This document shows positions 29,222 to 39,777 of a DNA stretch of 64,000 nt, in pieces. Within the stretch, counting starts at the first letter, position 1. Each line of letters begins with the position of its first letter. Location of the stretch: contig CAZXUA010000001.1 of the NCBI GenBank assembly GCA_964643755.1, positions 15,173 through 79,172 on the forward strand, read 5' to 3'. Origin of the DNA: an uncultured Desulfatiglans sp. (GTDB taxonomy: Bacteria; Desulfobacterota; DSM-4660; Desulfatiglandales; HGW-15). A model generated the notes under the pieces. The model made no database searches and was not told where the DNA came from. It saw only the letters and a list, made by a program, of their open reading frames with translations. The position numbers and the translations under genes were made by a program.

Positions 29222-32200
29222 TTATGGTAAAGTCCATGTACATTCACCTGTTACATTTATCCAGTATCCGTTTCCGGGTGACATGGTTTCAAGGTTACTT
29301 GACGCCGGATTACCGGGGTAATATACCTTCCATTCTTCGTTATCATAGGCCCATATACTTATTATTCTATCAGCTATTGAGGAGATTGCATCTGATATAT
29401 TCATGGATAAAAGAGAGTTATACCCTGCAAGGTTCCAGCCTTTTGAGAGTTTTATGGCATCGTAATATGCAGCCCCTGAAAATGAAATATGCGATCCGTC
29501 AGCCATGTTTATCCAGTAGCCTTTGTCTGGAACCATGGTGGTAAGATCACTGAGTGCTGGATATAAAGCGTCATATACCTTCCATTTCCCCATATCATAG
29601 GTCCAGACACTTAATACCCTCTCTGCAAAAGGTTCAATAACATTAGCGATAGTTGTATCAACTGGCTCTCTGTTCATGGAAATAAGTCTCCATCCCGGGT
29701 TATCATCAGGCACAGGTACCATGGAAATATCATCAAGCGTGAACATGCTTAGGTTACTTCCACTGTTATTAAAGAAGTTAAGCCGTTTTATTGTTGAAGG
29801 ATTACCGAGCTGATCCATTGATATATCAACCTGTGTCCATATGCCTGCCTTTGCATTGATTACTGCTGTGCTGCTGTTTTGACCCTCTTCATCCTCCGTG
29901 AAAAAATCGATCTTCCTGTCTTTAGTGCCTCCATTTACCCAGAAACTGATCTTCTCATATTCGGCACTATCAATAGGGTCGGATTCTGTAGAAAGGGCCG
30001 GTGAAAATCCTCCCCAGGCATCAAGGGTAATATTGATACTGTTATTTCCCGAGTGGACAGGGGTGGTAGCTGACAGGTTAAATGTCCCGCTCCAGCTCCA
30101 GTTTTGCCAGTTAATTCCCAGTGTATCATCATAGATAATAATCTTGCTTACAGTGTTTGAACGGAAGATCGCAGAAACAGACCTGTCACTAACCATTGAG
30201 ATTTCACAGGTACCTGTTCCTGAACAGGGTCCGTTCCATCCGATGAATGTTGAGCCTGGTTCCGCTACAGCCGTAAGTGTAATTGAGGATCCGTTTGCAT
30301 ATGATTCGGTGCAGTCAGATCCGCATTCAATGCCTGCTGGGGATGAGGTTACATTCCCTCCGGCGCTGCTCACCTTTTCCACCGATACGGTAAGTACCGG
30401 GTTTACAGGGGCTGGCCTCTTTGCAAGGCTGTACAGGTATCCATACAGTGCAACCTTGCCCTTCATGGTCTGGCGTGGTGTATATTCCGTATGTGAAAAT
30501 ACCCAGCGGGAAGGGAAATAGGTCTCACCGATAGGCCAGGTGTTAACCACGTTTCCAGGGTAGCTGTTTTCGTACAGCTTTGAAGGCATTGCCATGGTCA
30601 TGCCCTGCCACCAGTCAGTAAGATTCATATACGGGGTATGACCCGGGTCTACGCCCTTTATACCATCATCCCTTCCTGATGTATAAACCTCTGTTATACT
30701 GCGTTTTGTCTCAAGGGATGTTGTTGCGGTGCTCATCTCGATCATGTTTAGGGGATTCCTGCCCAGGCCCCAACCTGCCTCCAGATCAAGGGCTTTCTGA
30801 AAGTAATTTTTATCAATCGGGCTCTCAGTAATCGCATGTGCTACAATGGTGCGTCCTACAAAATGTGCGGTACGCCAGTAGGATGGCGGGTTATATGTAG
30901 TCCTGCGTGAGGGCCTTGTATTCATGAGGTCTGCCTCAGTACTTTTTGCTTCACTGATGATCCGGGACTTCATATTGTTATAAAGGGTGGAATAATGAAC
31001 AGGCTGCGGAGTAATAAGATAGGCCGCAGTGGCATATAACTGATTGATTCCATCATCACCGCTGTAAAAATACTGGATGGGTGATGTCACGCCTGAGGCG
31101 CATACGCTCTCGCTATTGATGACCTTTTCATAGGAGGTAATGCCTGTTACATTGTAGAGAAAGGCAGCGGCCATCATCCTGAGGTCACGCCCCCTTAAAT
31201 GGCCTTCATCAAAATAGAGTAATTCATCGAGCATCTGGTCAGCTAAACCTGATGCGTGGTTGTATGCCTCAATCGCGGCATCTCTGTAATAGTCTTTAAG
31301 AGATGTGAGACCTGCCACTCTGAATGCATCTGCAAGCATTGCTGCATTTGCGGCATTTGCCCAGGCGGCAAGGGCGGTAGGTGCGGCCTGGAAAAGCTCG
31401 TTTTCATCATTTGGGTTTGTCAGTCCATGGGAGTAACCACTGCCATCCCTGAGGCGAAGCCAGAAATCAACCTCGTAACGCACCTCGTCAATGATATCAG
31501 GTATACCGTTTCCGCTTTCGGTAATACCGAGGTCATCATCATCTATTGCACCATTACTCATGAGATAGGGGAGCAGCATATCATAGATATTAATAACATG
31601 GCCCAGGTGCCTGTCCCAGTCAGCAGCATCAGCATGGCCTCCATAGGCGTTCGGGTTTGCAGGGCTCCCGCTTTTCACATATGGTTTCCATGCATCCGGG
31701 GCATCCCATTTATCCCCGTCAGTAAAGGTTTCCCACTCCGGGTGGAATGGATGCATGGTTGTCAGGTATACCTTTGTAGAGGCAGGGCTTACTCCCGGGA
31801 TATATAATGGTGTGCGTGGCGGCGGAGAGATACCTTTCGGGTTTGTTTCACCTGCGCGCATATAAAAATAACCCAAAAGAGATACCTTGAACGGGTCATG
31901 ATACACATAATCATTGATGGTGAAATCCTGGCTGCACCCGACACCATCAACAACAAGCCGGTAGGTGCCCGGTGCTGATGCGCCTGAAAAATCTATTTTC
32001 CAGACATCCGATCCTGTGAGGTCATAACCATGTACGTCGCTGCCCTTCTTTTTCCAGAATTCAACAACCCCGACCTGTTCATGCGCGCCGGTATCAACAT
32101 TATACAGGTAGACCGGGTTACCTTCAAAGGCTGAGTAGTTGCGAGGGCCGCCGCTTCCCATCCAGTAATAGAGGTCAGCGCCCTTGTGGGGGGCATCAGG

Positions 32201-32746
32201 CGAATACCCTGTTAAATTAATATGGATTGCTTCAGAAATACTATTGAACTTATCAAAGGTGAAGGTGACATTTTGAGTGTCCGTGTTTACATTGGTCACA
32301 ATTTGCAGACTGTATGTATTTCCCTGTTTGAGCGGGAAGGGCAGTTGCAGATATATCCAGTGTTCATAGGTGTATTCGTACCTGTAGTCATTCCCTGACC
32401 ATTCCATCTCAGCGTGTCCATTTAGTTTTTTCTTTCGAGCGCAGGTTACCGGGTTCTTACCGGATGCGCTATAATTTGCGTCATCAACAGATGTGATGCT
32501 CCAGCTTGATGGCATTACAGCAACACCGGTATTTAATTCCGGCGTATAACGTAATACCTGCTCTGTCTTGTTTTTCTCATCCAGGTGTATGACATCTCCA
32601 TCGGAGATATTTACAGCCAGATAATCCTGGTCCAGTATGCTGCATTTAATGAGCTTTGCTGCATGGGATTCAGAGGCTGAAATGCCAGTGAGTAGTGCCA
32701 GACCAGCCAGTATTTTTAAAAGACAGGAGGGTGTTTTATATTTCAT
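29222..32746 (-). CDS. large secreted GH9-like glycoside hydrolase with Ig-like N-domain, Cys-containing B-repeat-like domain, CBM-like region and C-terminal tandem domain
   Basis: The start is set at MKYKTPSCLLKILAGLALLTGISA (signal peptide). Blocks FYMRAGE, GGHADAADWDRH (cf. the GH9 DAGD motif) and IPDIIDEVRYEVDFWLRL are present. Family assignment is from motif memory. Confidence 0.5.
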   Translation of the reverse strand: MKYKTPSCLLKILAGLALLTGISASESHAAKLIKCSILDQDYLAVNISDGDVIHLDEKNKTEQVLRYTPELNTGVAVMPSSWSITSVDDANYSASGKNPVTCARKKKLNGHAEMEWSGNDYRYEYTYEHWIYLQLPFPLKQGNTYSLQIVTNVNTDTQNVTFTFDKFNSISEAIHINLTGYSPDAPHKGADLYYWMGSGGPRNYSAFEGNPVYLYNVDTGAHEQVGVVEFWKKKGSDVHGYDLTGSDVWKIDFSGASAPGTYRLVVDGVGCSQDFTINDYVYHDPFKVSLLGYFYMRAGETNPKGISPPPRTPLYIPGVSPASTKVYLTTMHPFHPEWETFTDGDKWDAPDAWKPYVKSGSPANPNAYGGHADAADWDRHLGHVINIYDMLLPYLMSNGAIDDDDLGITESGNGIPDIIDEVRYEVDFWLRLRDGSGYSHGLTNPNDENELFQAAPTALAAWANAANAAMLADAFRVAGLTSLKDYYRDAAIEAYNHASGLADQMLDELLYFDEGHLRGRDLRMMAAAFLYNVTGITSYEKVINSESVCASGVTSPIQYFYSGDDGINQLYATAAYLITPQPVHYSTLYNNMKSRIISEAKSTEADLMNTRPSRRTTYNPPSYWRTAHFVGRTIVAHAITESPIDKNYFQKALDLEAGWGLGRNPLNMIEMSTATTSLETKRSITEVYTSGRDDGIKGVDPGHTPYMNLTDWWQGMTMAMPSKLYENSYPGNVVNTWPIGETYFPSRWVFSHTEYTPRQTMKGKVALYGYLYSLAKRPAPVNPVLTVSVEKVSSAGGNVTSSPAGIECGSDCTESYANGSSITLTAVAEPGSTFIGWNGPCSGTGTCEISMVSDRSVSAIFRSNTVSKIIIYDDTLGINWQNWSWSGTFNLSATTPVHSGNNSINITLDAWGGFSPALSTESDPIDSAEYEKISFWVNGGTKDRKIDFFTEDEEGQNSSTAVINAKAGIWTQVDISMDQLGNPSTIKRLNFFNNSGSNLSMFTLDDISMVPVPDDNPGWRLISMNREPVDTTIANVIEPFAERVLSVWTYDMGKWKVYDALYPALSDLTTMVPDKGYWINMADGSHISFSGAAYYDAIKLSKGWNLAGYNSLLSMNISDAISSIADRIISIWAYDNEEWKVYYPGNPASSNLETMSPGNGYWINVTGECTWTLP

Positions 32747-33320
32747 ATATGTTCCTTTATTATATGGATGAAGTATCATTAAATCTCTCTCCGACACTCT
32801 ATATTTTCTGTATAAGGAATCCAGGAATTGATCCTCAAGCATATACTCAGCAAGAAAAATGCCATTATGGGTCACAGCTGCCTAGAATTAAATATATCAT
32901 AGATAACAGTATGTTAAGTGAAAAGTCAGTAATTATATTCAAGCATATTGCTAAAAAACGTCTGAAAAAGCATACATGGCTGGTTAATGAAAGAGGTAGG
33001 CAGCCATGCAGGGAGGTAGTCCGGTTGCCCATCACTCTTTATAAAGGGGAAGCAAGTTCCCTCTTGTTTTAAATCTGTTCCGGGGAAGGTAATTATCTGA
33101 CAGGTTAGACTCCTCTTGACGGGTTATTAGAGGCGGTAAGATATCGGAAATTCTTATTTAAGCACCTGTTATCATAAATTAATGCAAATTATAAAATAAA
33201 CTTGACGTTTATAGCAAACGTATGAGGTGTAATATCCGGTTTTTTCAGCTTGAATCGGGGTAATGCATTTTATAGCTTATTTATGAACTTTTAACAAAAC
33301 TTTTCCAAATGGGGTCTTAA

Positions 33321-35562
33321 ATGTTAAAAAATTTTATCATCTTGATCTTCTCACTGACGATGATTTCTTCTGTTCCAGTATTTACCGATGAGGTGAAAAT
33401 CAACCTTCCTGAGACCGAGATTGAAGGCAATTTCGAGGAACAGGATTTTATCGGGCCTATGTTTACTGAAACCAACACCAGTATAAAGGTTACAGAAAAG
33501 GGCATTAATGCCCAGGGGCCTTCTGCTGCCATGTCACCCCACAAATCAATAACCCTTATGCCATCTGTGAATCAGCAGAGCGTTGATCCATCAGGGCTTG
33601 CCGATATCAGCAATTACCATGAATCATTCAGGTTCAGGGGGTGTTGAACCCACAGCCGGTGGTAATCCGGGTACGCCGGTCAATGTGGAAAATGTCCCAG
33701 TAACCGGGAGACCTGGCGGCGGTATGAATATTTATGACATGGAAAACTTTGAAAGTATCTCCATATACAAGGGTGGTGTCCAGGCAGATCATGCATTTGG
33801 ACTTACCAATATCGGCGGCAAGATAGACATGGATATTAAAAATCCAAAGGAGGCATTCGGCATCAACCTGAAACAGACACTGGGCAGCGACAGTTTTACA
33901 AGGAGTTTTTTCAGGGTTGATACTGGCCTCACATCTACCGGAACCGGTGGATTTATATCCTTTTCCGTTGCAGGTGGTGACAAGTGGAGGGGACAGGGGG
34001 AATCAGACAGGACGAACGCCATGATCGGGTTCTCTCAGAAAATAGGAGAGCGGGTCAAAATGGATGGCTATGCAATATATAACAATGCAGATCTCAATAC
34101 ATACCGTTCACTCAATTATTCACAGGCATCAAACCTCTCAGATTTTTATAAATTCGATTATACCGGGAACAGTTCGGATTACTACTACTATGGCTACAAC
34201 AAAAGCGACTTTGAAGACCTGAGCCTGCTTCTTGATATGGAATACATCATAAATGATGTGTCTAAAATCACCCTTAAACCATACTACTGGCAGGACAAGG
34301 GTGATTTTTATGAGACCATAACTACACAGAGCGGCGCCAACAGAATAAGAAACCGCACTATAGATCATGATATGTATGGTGTGCTTGCACAGTACTCCAT
34401 TGATATGCAGGATGTTGATCTCAATATGGGGTATTTCTACCTGAATCAGGAAAAGCCCGGTACTCCCTCTGCCATGAAACTGTATACTGTAACAGATGGG
34501 GGGTTGCTGTTTGACAGGTGGCAGATCCTTTCAGCCCCGACAAATCATATTCAAAACCAGCCCTTTGTCTCAGGAGAATATATTTCAGGCAATATGGTTT
34601 TTGAAGGAGGGATTAAATACCTTGACTACACCATGCCAGAGATAATTACCTATATGACCACCGGCATCGGGGATGTGAGTTACAAGAGAGCGCTTGGCAT
34701 GGTTAGTTTAGTGGAGCAGAATGCCAGTGCAGGAGAAGAGGAATTTACAGAGTTCCTTCCTAATTTTGGAGCAAGCTATATCATTAATGATGAGCTGAGC
34801 AGTTACTTTTCCTATGGCCGCAACTATGGACTCAGCGTATTGCTTTACACCTATTTCATCTCACAGAAACAGAGCTTTTATAACGCAGGCATTACCCTTC
34901 AGGACCTTTGGAGCAGGCAGGAGCTAGAGATTGCGGATAATTTTGATGCTGGTCTCAGATACATTACTGACAAGCTATATATTGTGCCAACCATCTATTA
35001 CGCAAGACATAAAAACAAGCTTGCGGTCTATTATGATGATACATTAAATGCCTATTCCCCTTCCACAAATGCAAAGGCCGAGGCATATGGATTTGAACTG
35101 GAGGCAGGCGCAATGCCGGTTGACCATCTGTCATTATACGGCTCATTTTCTTATAACCGTCTGTACTTTACCCAGGATCTCAGGAATTCTTCAGGGGGCA
35201 TTGTCCCGGTAGATGGGGAGCAGGTGCCGGATGCGCCTGAAGTGATGTTCAAGGGTATTGCCTCTTACATGGTCGGTGATTTTACCTTTTCAACGATCAT
35301 GCGGTATACAGGAAGCAGGTATGGTGACATTGTCCATAGCCAGAAGATCGATTCATCAACTATATTTGATTTTGAGGTTGGATACAGCAAAGAGGTGAAG
35401 AGGTTTGGCATGAAAAAACTGGATCTGTCCATAACGCTTAATAACATTTTTGACAAAGAATATATCAGCATTATAAACACAACCGATTACCAGACCCTTG
35501 GCTCGACATATATGACAGGAGCGCCTTTAACTGCCTATGTATCCCTCTCAATCTCAATATAG
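33321..35562 (+). pseudogene. TonB-dependent receptor, reading frame broken at a G5 run
   Basis: ORFs 33321..33647 (signal plus plug start, ...FRFRG) and 33583..35562 (rest of plug plus barrel, C-terminal ...YVSLSISI) join into one protein if one G is removed from GGGGG at 33637-33641. Confidence 0.8.
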
Positions 35563-35641
35563 TGATATCGATATACCCCTGGGTTTATAAGGCCCGGGGG
35601 GTACACGTAAAGAACACCTGTCATGGTTTATACTTGCCTCA

Positions 35642-36397
35642 GTGCTCCTGCATCTGTTAATTGTTTTCAGCCTGATCACCCTCAAATTTGGCAATCAGGG
35701 CGGGCTTCTTCCCGGTGAAAAGGTGGTAGAGATAAGACTTGTAGGCATGAAGATGACATCTCCCCAGAAGAGCTCTTCCATGCCGATGAAGAGCATGGTT
35801 AATAAAAAACCCGCCACTCCTCCTGTTATTAAAAAGGAAGTAAAACCGGCGATGATGCCTGCAAAGAAGATATTGAACCATACAACCGCAACAAAAGAGA
35901 TCACATCTCCTGTTAAAAGTGATCAGGCAGTGTCATCAGGTTATTCCGATGTATTAAAGGATAATCCATCCACAAACATTACAGACACAAATACAAATGC
36001 TGTTTCTCACAACTCTCCGGTGGGAAATGAGGATGTTGAACAAAATCCTGTGAATGCCTTATACGAATATGGGGTGGCTGACGCTTCAACAGGTGATGGT
36101 GCTGTTTCACAGGGAAAACAGTATGTGGATGCGAATTTTTACTATGTAAAGCAGCTTATTACCAGCAACCTTGTTTATCCGGCTGTTGCAAGAAGAATGA
36201 AGTGGCAGGGGACTGTGGAGGTCTCATTTAGGGTGTTATTGACTGGAAACGTTGAAAACATAAGGGTGTTAACCAGTTCAGGCTACAGCCTGCTGGATAA
36301 AAATGTGATTGCAACTATCGAGAGTGTTCAGCCTTTTCCCCCGCCTCCTGTGGCCGCCGAGTTTACCATGCCTATCAAATATACACTTAAACACTGA
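35642..36397 (+). CDS. tonB: TonB-family energy transducer
   Basis: GTG start, one N-terminal TM helix, a Pro/Lys-rich linker and a C-terminal TonB_C block (YPAVARRMKWQGTVEVSF...SSGYSLLDKNVIATIESVQPFPPPP). Confidence 0.8.
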   Translation: MLLHLLIVFSLITLKFGNQGGLLPGEKVVEIRLVGMKMTSPQKSSSMPMKSMVNKKPATPPVIKKEVKPAMMPAKKILNHTTATKEITSPVKSDQAVSSGYSDVLKDNPSTNITDTNTNAVSHNSPVGNEDVEQNPVNALYEYGVADASTGDGAVSQGKQYVDANFYYVKQLITSNLVYPAVARRMKWQGTVEVSFRVLLTGNVENIRVLTSSGYSLLDKNVIATIESVQPFPPPPVAAEFTMPIKYTLKH

Positions 36398-36600
36398 TCT
36401 GTTTTCAACCGGCCAGACATGCCCATATGTTATGAATTGCTCAATAGCATAGCATCAATGATTCATACTATCCTACACTGTTACTTCTTACACTCAGGGT
36501 TCATAACCTAACAGCATCCCGCTTTATCAACTAAACATTGATGATTGATCTGTCCAGCCTTTTCCAGGTCCGTCTTACTTGAATGGTTTATCGAAAACCC

Positions 36601-38868
36601 TCAGTTCTCTAATAACAACATTAACCAGGGCATCGCATTGAAAGCGGAACCGTTGAAGGTGGAGGTCACCTCGGAATCTGCTGTAAGGGAAAAAGTGCAA
36701 CTACCGGTCCCCGAACAACCTGAGGCTGAACCGCTTCCATTGCTCCAACCCCCAAAGGTCGAGCCTGCGCTGGCAGAACCGGAGAGAGTGATAGAGGTTC
36801 CCTCATTGACGGTGCAGGAACCGATTTTGTCCACCCAGCTAAGCGTACAATTGGCCCCGGCTGTCACCGTTCCGTCCCCCGAACCTGTTTTGGTCACGGT
36901 CATGGTACGGGAGGCAGCGTCAGCAAACTTGATCACCCCGATATCCTGACCTCCGCTGTAGCTGCTTACCGGGTTTCCCCAGCTCCCACTGCTAAATCCC
37001 GTGACATAAACATTTTCACTGGTTGAGGCGATCCCAAAGCCGATATCCGAACTTCCGGATCCATAAAAAGTGTGCCATTGAAGCTCACCCCCATTGTTCA
37101 ACTTCAACACAAAAATATCATTGGCGCCGTTGTGAGAGTGATCCGCATTTCCCCAATCTTGATTACTATTGCCCGTAACAAAGACATTCCCACCGCTGTC
37201 CAAGGCTATCCCATACCCGGAGTCAGAACCGGAAGAAGATCCGTGAAAGGTGTTCCATTGCAAGACCCCGGCGTTGTCCAGTTTTAAAACGAAGGCATCC
37301 GTTGTTCCCTGAAAAGGATTTACGGGACTCCCCCAGTTCGTATAACTATATCCGGTCACATAAATGTTTCCGCCTCCATCCAGGGCTATAGCCGTACCAA
37401 AATCATAATAGGCCGAACCATGAAAGGTATGCCATTGGAGGGCTCCAGAATTATTGAGTTTAAGAACGATGATATCAAATCCGTCATTAAAAGAATTCAC
37501 CGGGGTCCCCCATGCCTTGCCGGCTTCGCCGGCGATGTAGACATACCCATCTCCATCGACAGCAATTCCACGGCCTATGTGATAGGAACTATTTCCACCG
37601 TGAAAAGTATTCCACTGCAGGGTACCTGCATTATCGAGCTTGAGGACGACAATACTATCGTCTCCGCCTAGTTGCGGATGCGGATTTACCGGACTGCCCC
37701 AGTTGTAATAGCTTAATCCGGTCACATAGACGTTTCCATTAACGTCTAAGGCCAAACCATAGGCTATATCCCGATCGGTGGTGCCGTGAAAGGTGTTCCA
37801 TTGCAAGTACCCGTTGCTGTTGAGCTTCAAGACAACGATATCGTCCGATGAATTACTATGCGGATTCACCGGACTGCCCCAGCTACCTCTGCTTCTTCCG
37901 GCCACATAGACATTTCCGCTACCATCAACAGCAATAGCCGTTCCTTCATCCAAGCCTGTATAGCCATGAAAAGTGTGCCACTGTAATACTCCCGCGCTGT
38001 TAAGTTTTATCACGGCTATGTCATTTGTATTGTTCCCACTATGAGGGTTCACCGGACTGCCCTAGGTAGCGTTGCTTACACCGGCAATATAAACATTTCC
38101 GCTGCTGTCGGTCGTGATAGCATAGCCGACATCATCTCCGGACTGGCCGTAGAAGGCATGCCATTGATAGGTCGGGTCGATGATAAGCGGTTGATTAGGG
38201 TCAAACCGACCTGTTTTGAATCCTACTGAACCGTCTTTATATTTATTGAAGGCCACTTCTACACTTACCTTTTTACCCTTTATCTCCTGCCAGGCTATTG
38301 GTGCGGTTAGTGTGAAATAACCCTTTTCCTTAGGATGTTTAAATCTAAGCGATCCATTCTTTTGTATCTCAGCTTTAGCATTATATTTAATCCTGATCAA
38401 AGCCGGGTCACCCTTCGTTTCGATGATATAGGTACTTTCGGCAATTCCGCCCGGTCTGGCTTCGTAATGAAGGGTTATACCCGGCCACAAATCCGGGTAA
38501 CTCACTTTTACGAATTCTGGGACCTCTTTGGTAAGATTATCTTTCTGTTCCCGCTGATTCCCTCCAACTGGTTTTACTCCCGTGGTGCCGATAAATTCCT
38601 CAACTAATAGAAAACCCATGCCTGCCAGATAAACCTTCTCCGGCTTAAATCCAAGTACGACCACTCCTGACCTAAACTGCAAGAGATCATGGGCGGAAAT
38701 GGTTGTAGCACTTTCTGAAATGACCCCTGATATCCGGCCTTTCCCTGGGAGTGCATCCAAACTTTTATTGGCCAGAGCATCAGTAGGCAACGAGAGCCCT
38801 ATGCAAAGAAATAACTGCATCATTAAAATAAGTAAAGAAATTCGGATTTTTATTAATACTTCTTTCAT
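36601..38868 (-). pseudogene. secreted SBBP beta-propeller repeat protein interrupted by an in-frame TAG
   Basis: ORFs 38062..38868 and 36601..38052 are in one frame, separated by the TAG at 38062-38064. About 7 repeats of ...GNVYVTG.S...WG.PVNPH....D.FVLKL...G.LQW.TFHG follow. Signal peptide at the N-terminus. Confidence 0.8.
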
Positions 38869-39025
38869 ATGCCTGCCTCCTATATATAGTTTTTATAAGG
38901 TGGGGAGGAGAGAAGGACATTATTGAGCCCCTTTATTTCCCTTTCTTTTATAACAAAACAGACAATTTTTTTATTGGCTTATTGACTTAGCTCACCCACC
39001 CTATGATCTCATCAACTCATCGCGT

Positions 39026-39486
39026 GTCACAGTAGTTGTTTTAGTGGTCAAGTAAAAACCGAAACCTTATTAAGTAACGTTTGATATTTTGAAATTTTTA
39101 TAATCCATGGGACTCAGATACCCAAGAGTCGAATAGAGTAGATCAGTATTATAAAAAGTGATGTAGTCAATAACTTCGGCTTTTACTGTTTTCCTGGATA
39201 TAAAAATGTATGTGATATCCGCTGTCCACATAGTATCTGCTATATCCACTTCAAACGGTCGATCCAGCAGGTTGTGGGCGACAGGATAGTTATGGCGGCC
39301 GTCTGTTGTAACTTTATAATGTCTCGTGTTTTTAACTTTTAGCCCAAATTTTTGCATTGTTGATAAGAATTACCTTTTTTAGGAACGATGTATATGGAGT
39401 TTGGCGTTGTATGTCAATAATAAATCACCCCACCATAGAGTAGAGCCATTCAGTAAAAAAATAGGGGTCTAAAACAACGGTGTCCA
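39026..39486 (-). mobile_element. heavily deleted IS3-family insertion sequence remnant with imperfect terminal inverted repeats
   Basis: Ends are TGTCACAGTAGTTGTTTTAG (39026-) and CTAAAACAACGGTGTCCA (-39486). Internally only a 95-aa transposase fragment remains. Confidence 0.5.
39070..39357 (-). pseudogene. IS3-family OrfB transposase fragment (DDE core deleted)
   Basis: ...NLLDRPFEVDIADTMWTADITYI... is joined directly to the C-terminal ...DYITFYNTDLLYSTLGYLSPMDY motif. Confidence 0.7.
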
Positions 39487-39777
39487 AAATTTTTACTCAA
39501 AAAGCCGCATAGATTCGCTGTAAACATTTAAAAAATCGGGGTCACCCATTAAAGGATTAGTCAAGAGAAAAAACACCTCACCATTAGAAGACAATATACA
39601 GTTTTTCGATTGACACCTTAGCCCCGAACTGCCCGGATGCATGTCGAAGCCTCCTATTTGTTCTTTTTGTGAGCGGATATTTCATATTAGATAATCATAA
39701 AGAATTTAAAGAGAAACTTAACAGGCTTGGATTCCACGGTTAAAATGTGGAATGATAATAAAAAAAAGAATTAAGTG

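Noticed and set aside
32876-33320. Looked for a cobalamin or other riboswitch upstream of the TonB-dependent receptor
   Set aside because: No B12-box-like or other conserved riboswitch core is recognisable by eye. Only AT-rich sequence with weak promoter-like hexamers is present.
39490-39642. 50-codon minus-strand ORF with a TAGGAGG RBS just outside the IS3 remnant (MHPGSSGLRCQSKNC...)
   Set aside because: It has a good RBS but no recognisable motif. It lies in a rearranged region, and I cannot distinguish it from chance or from a relic of a disrupted gene.
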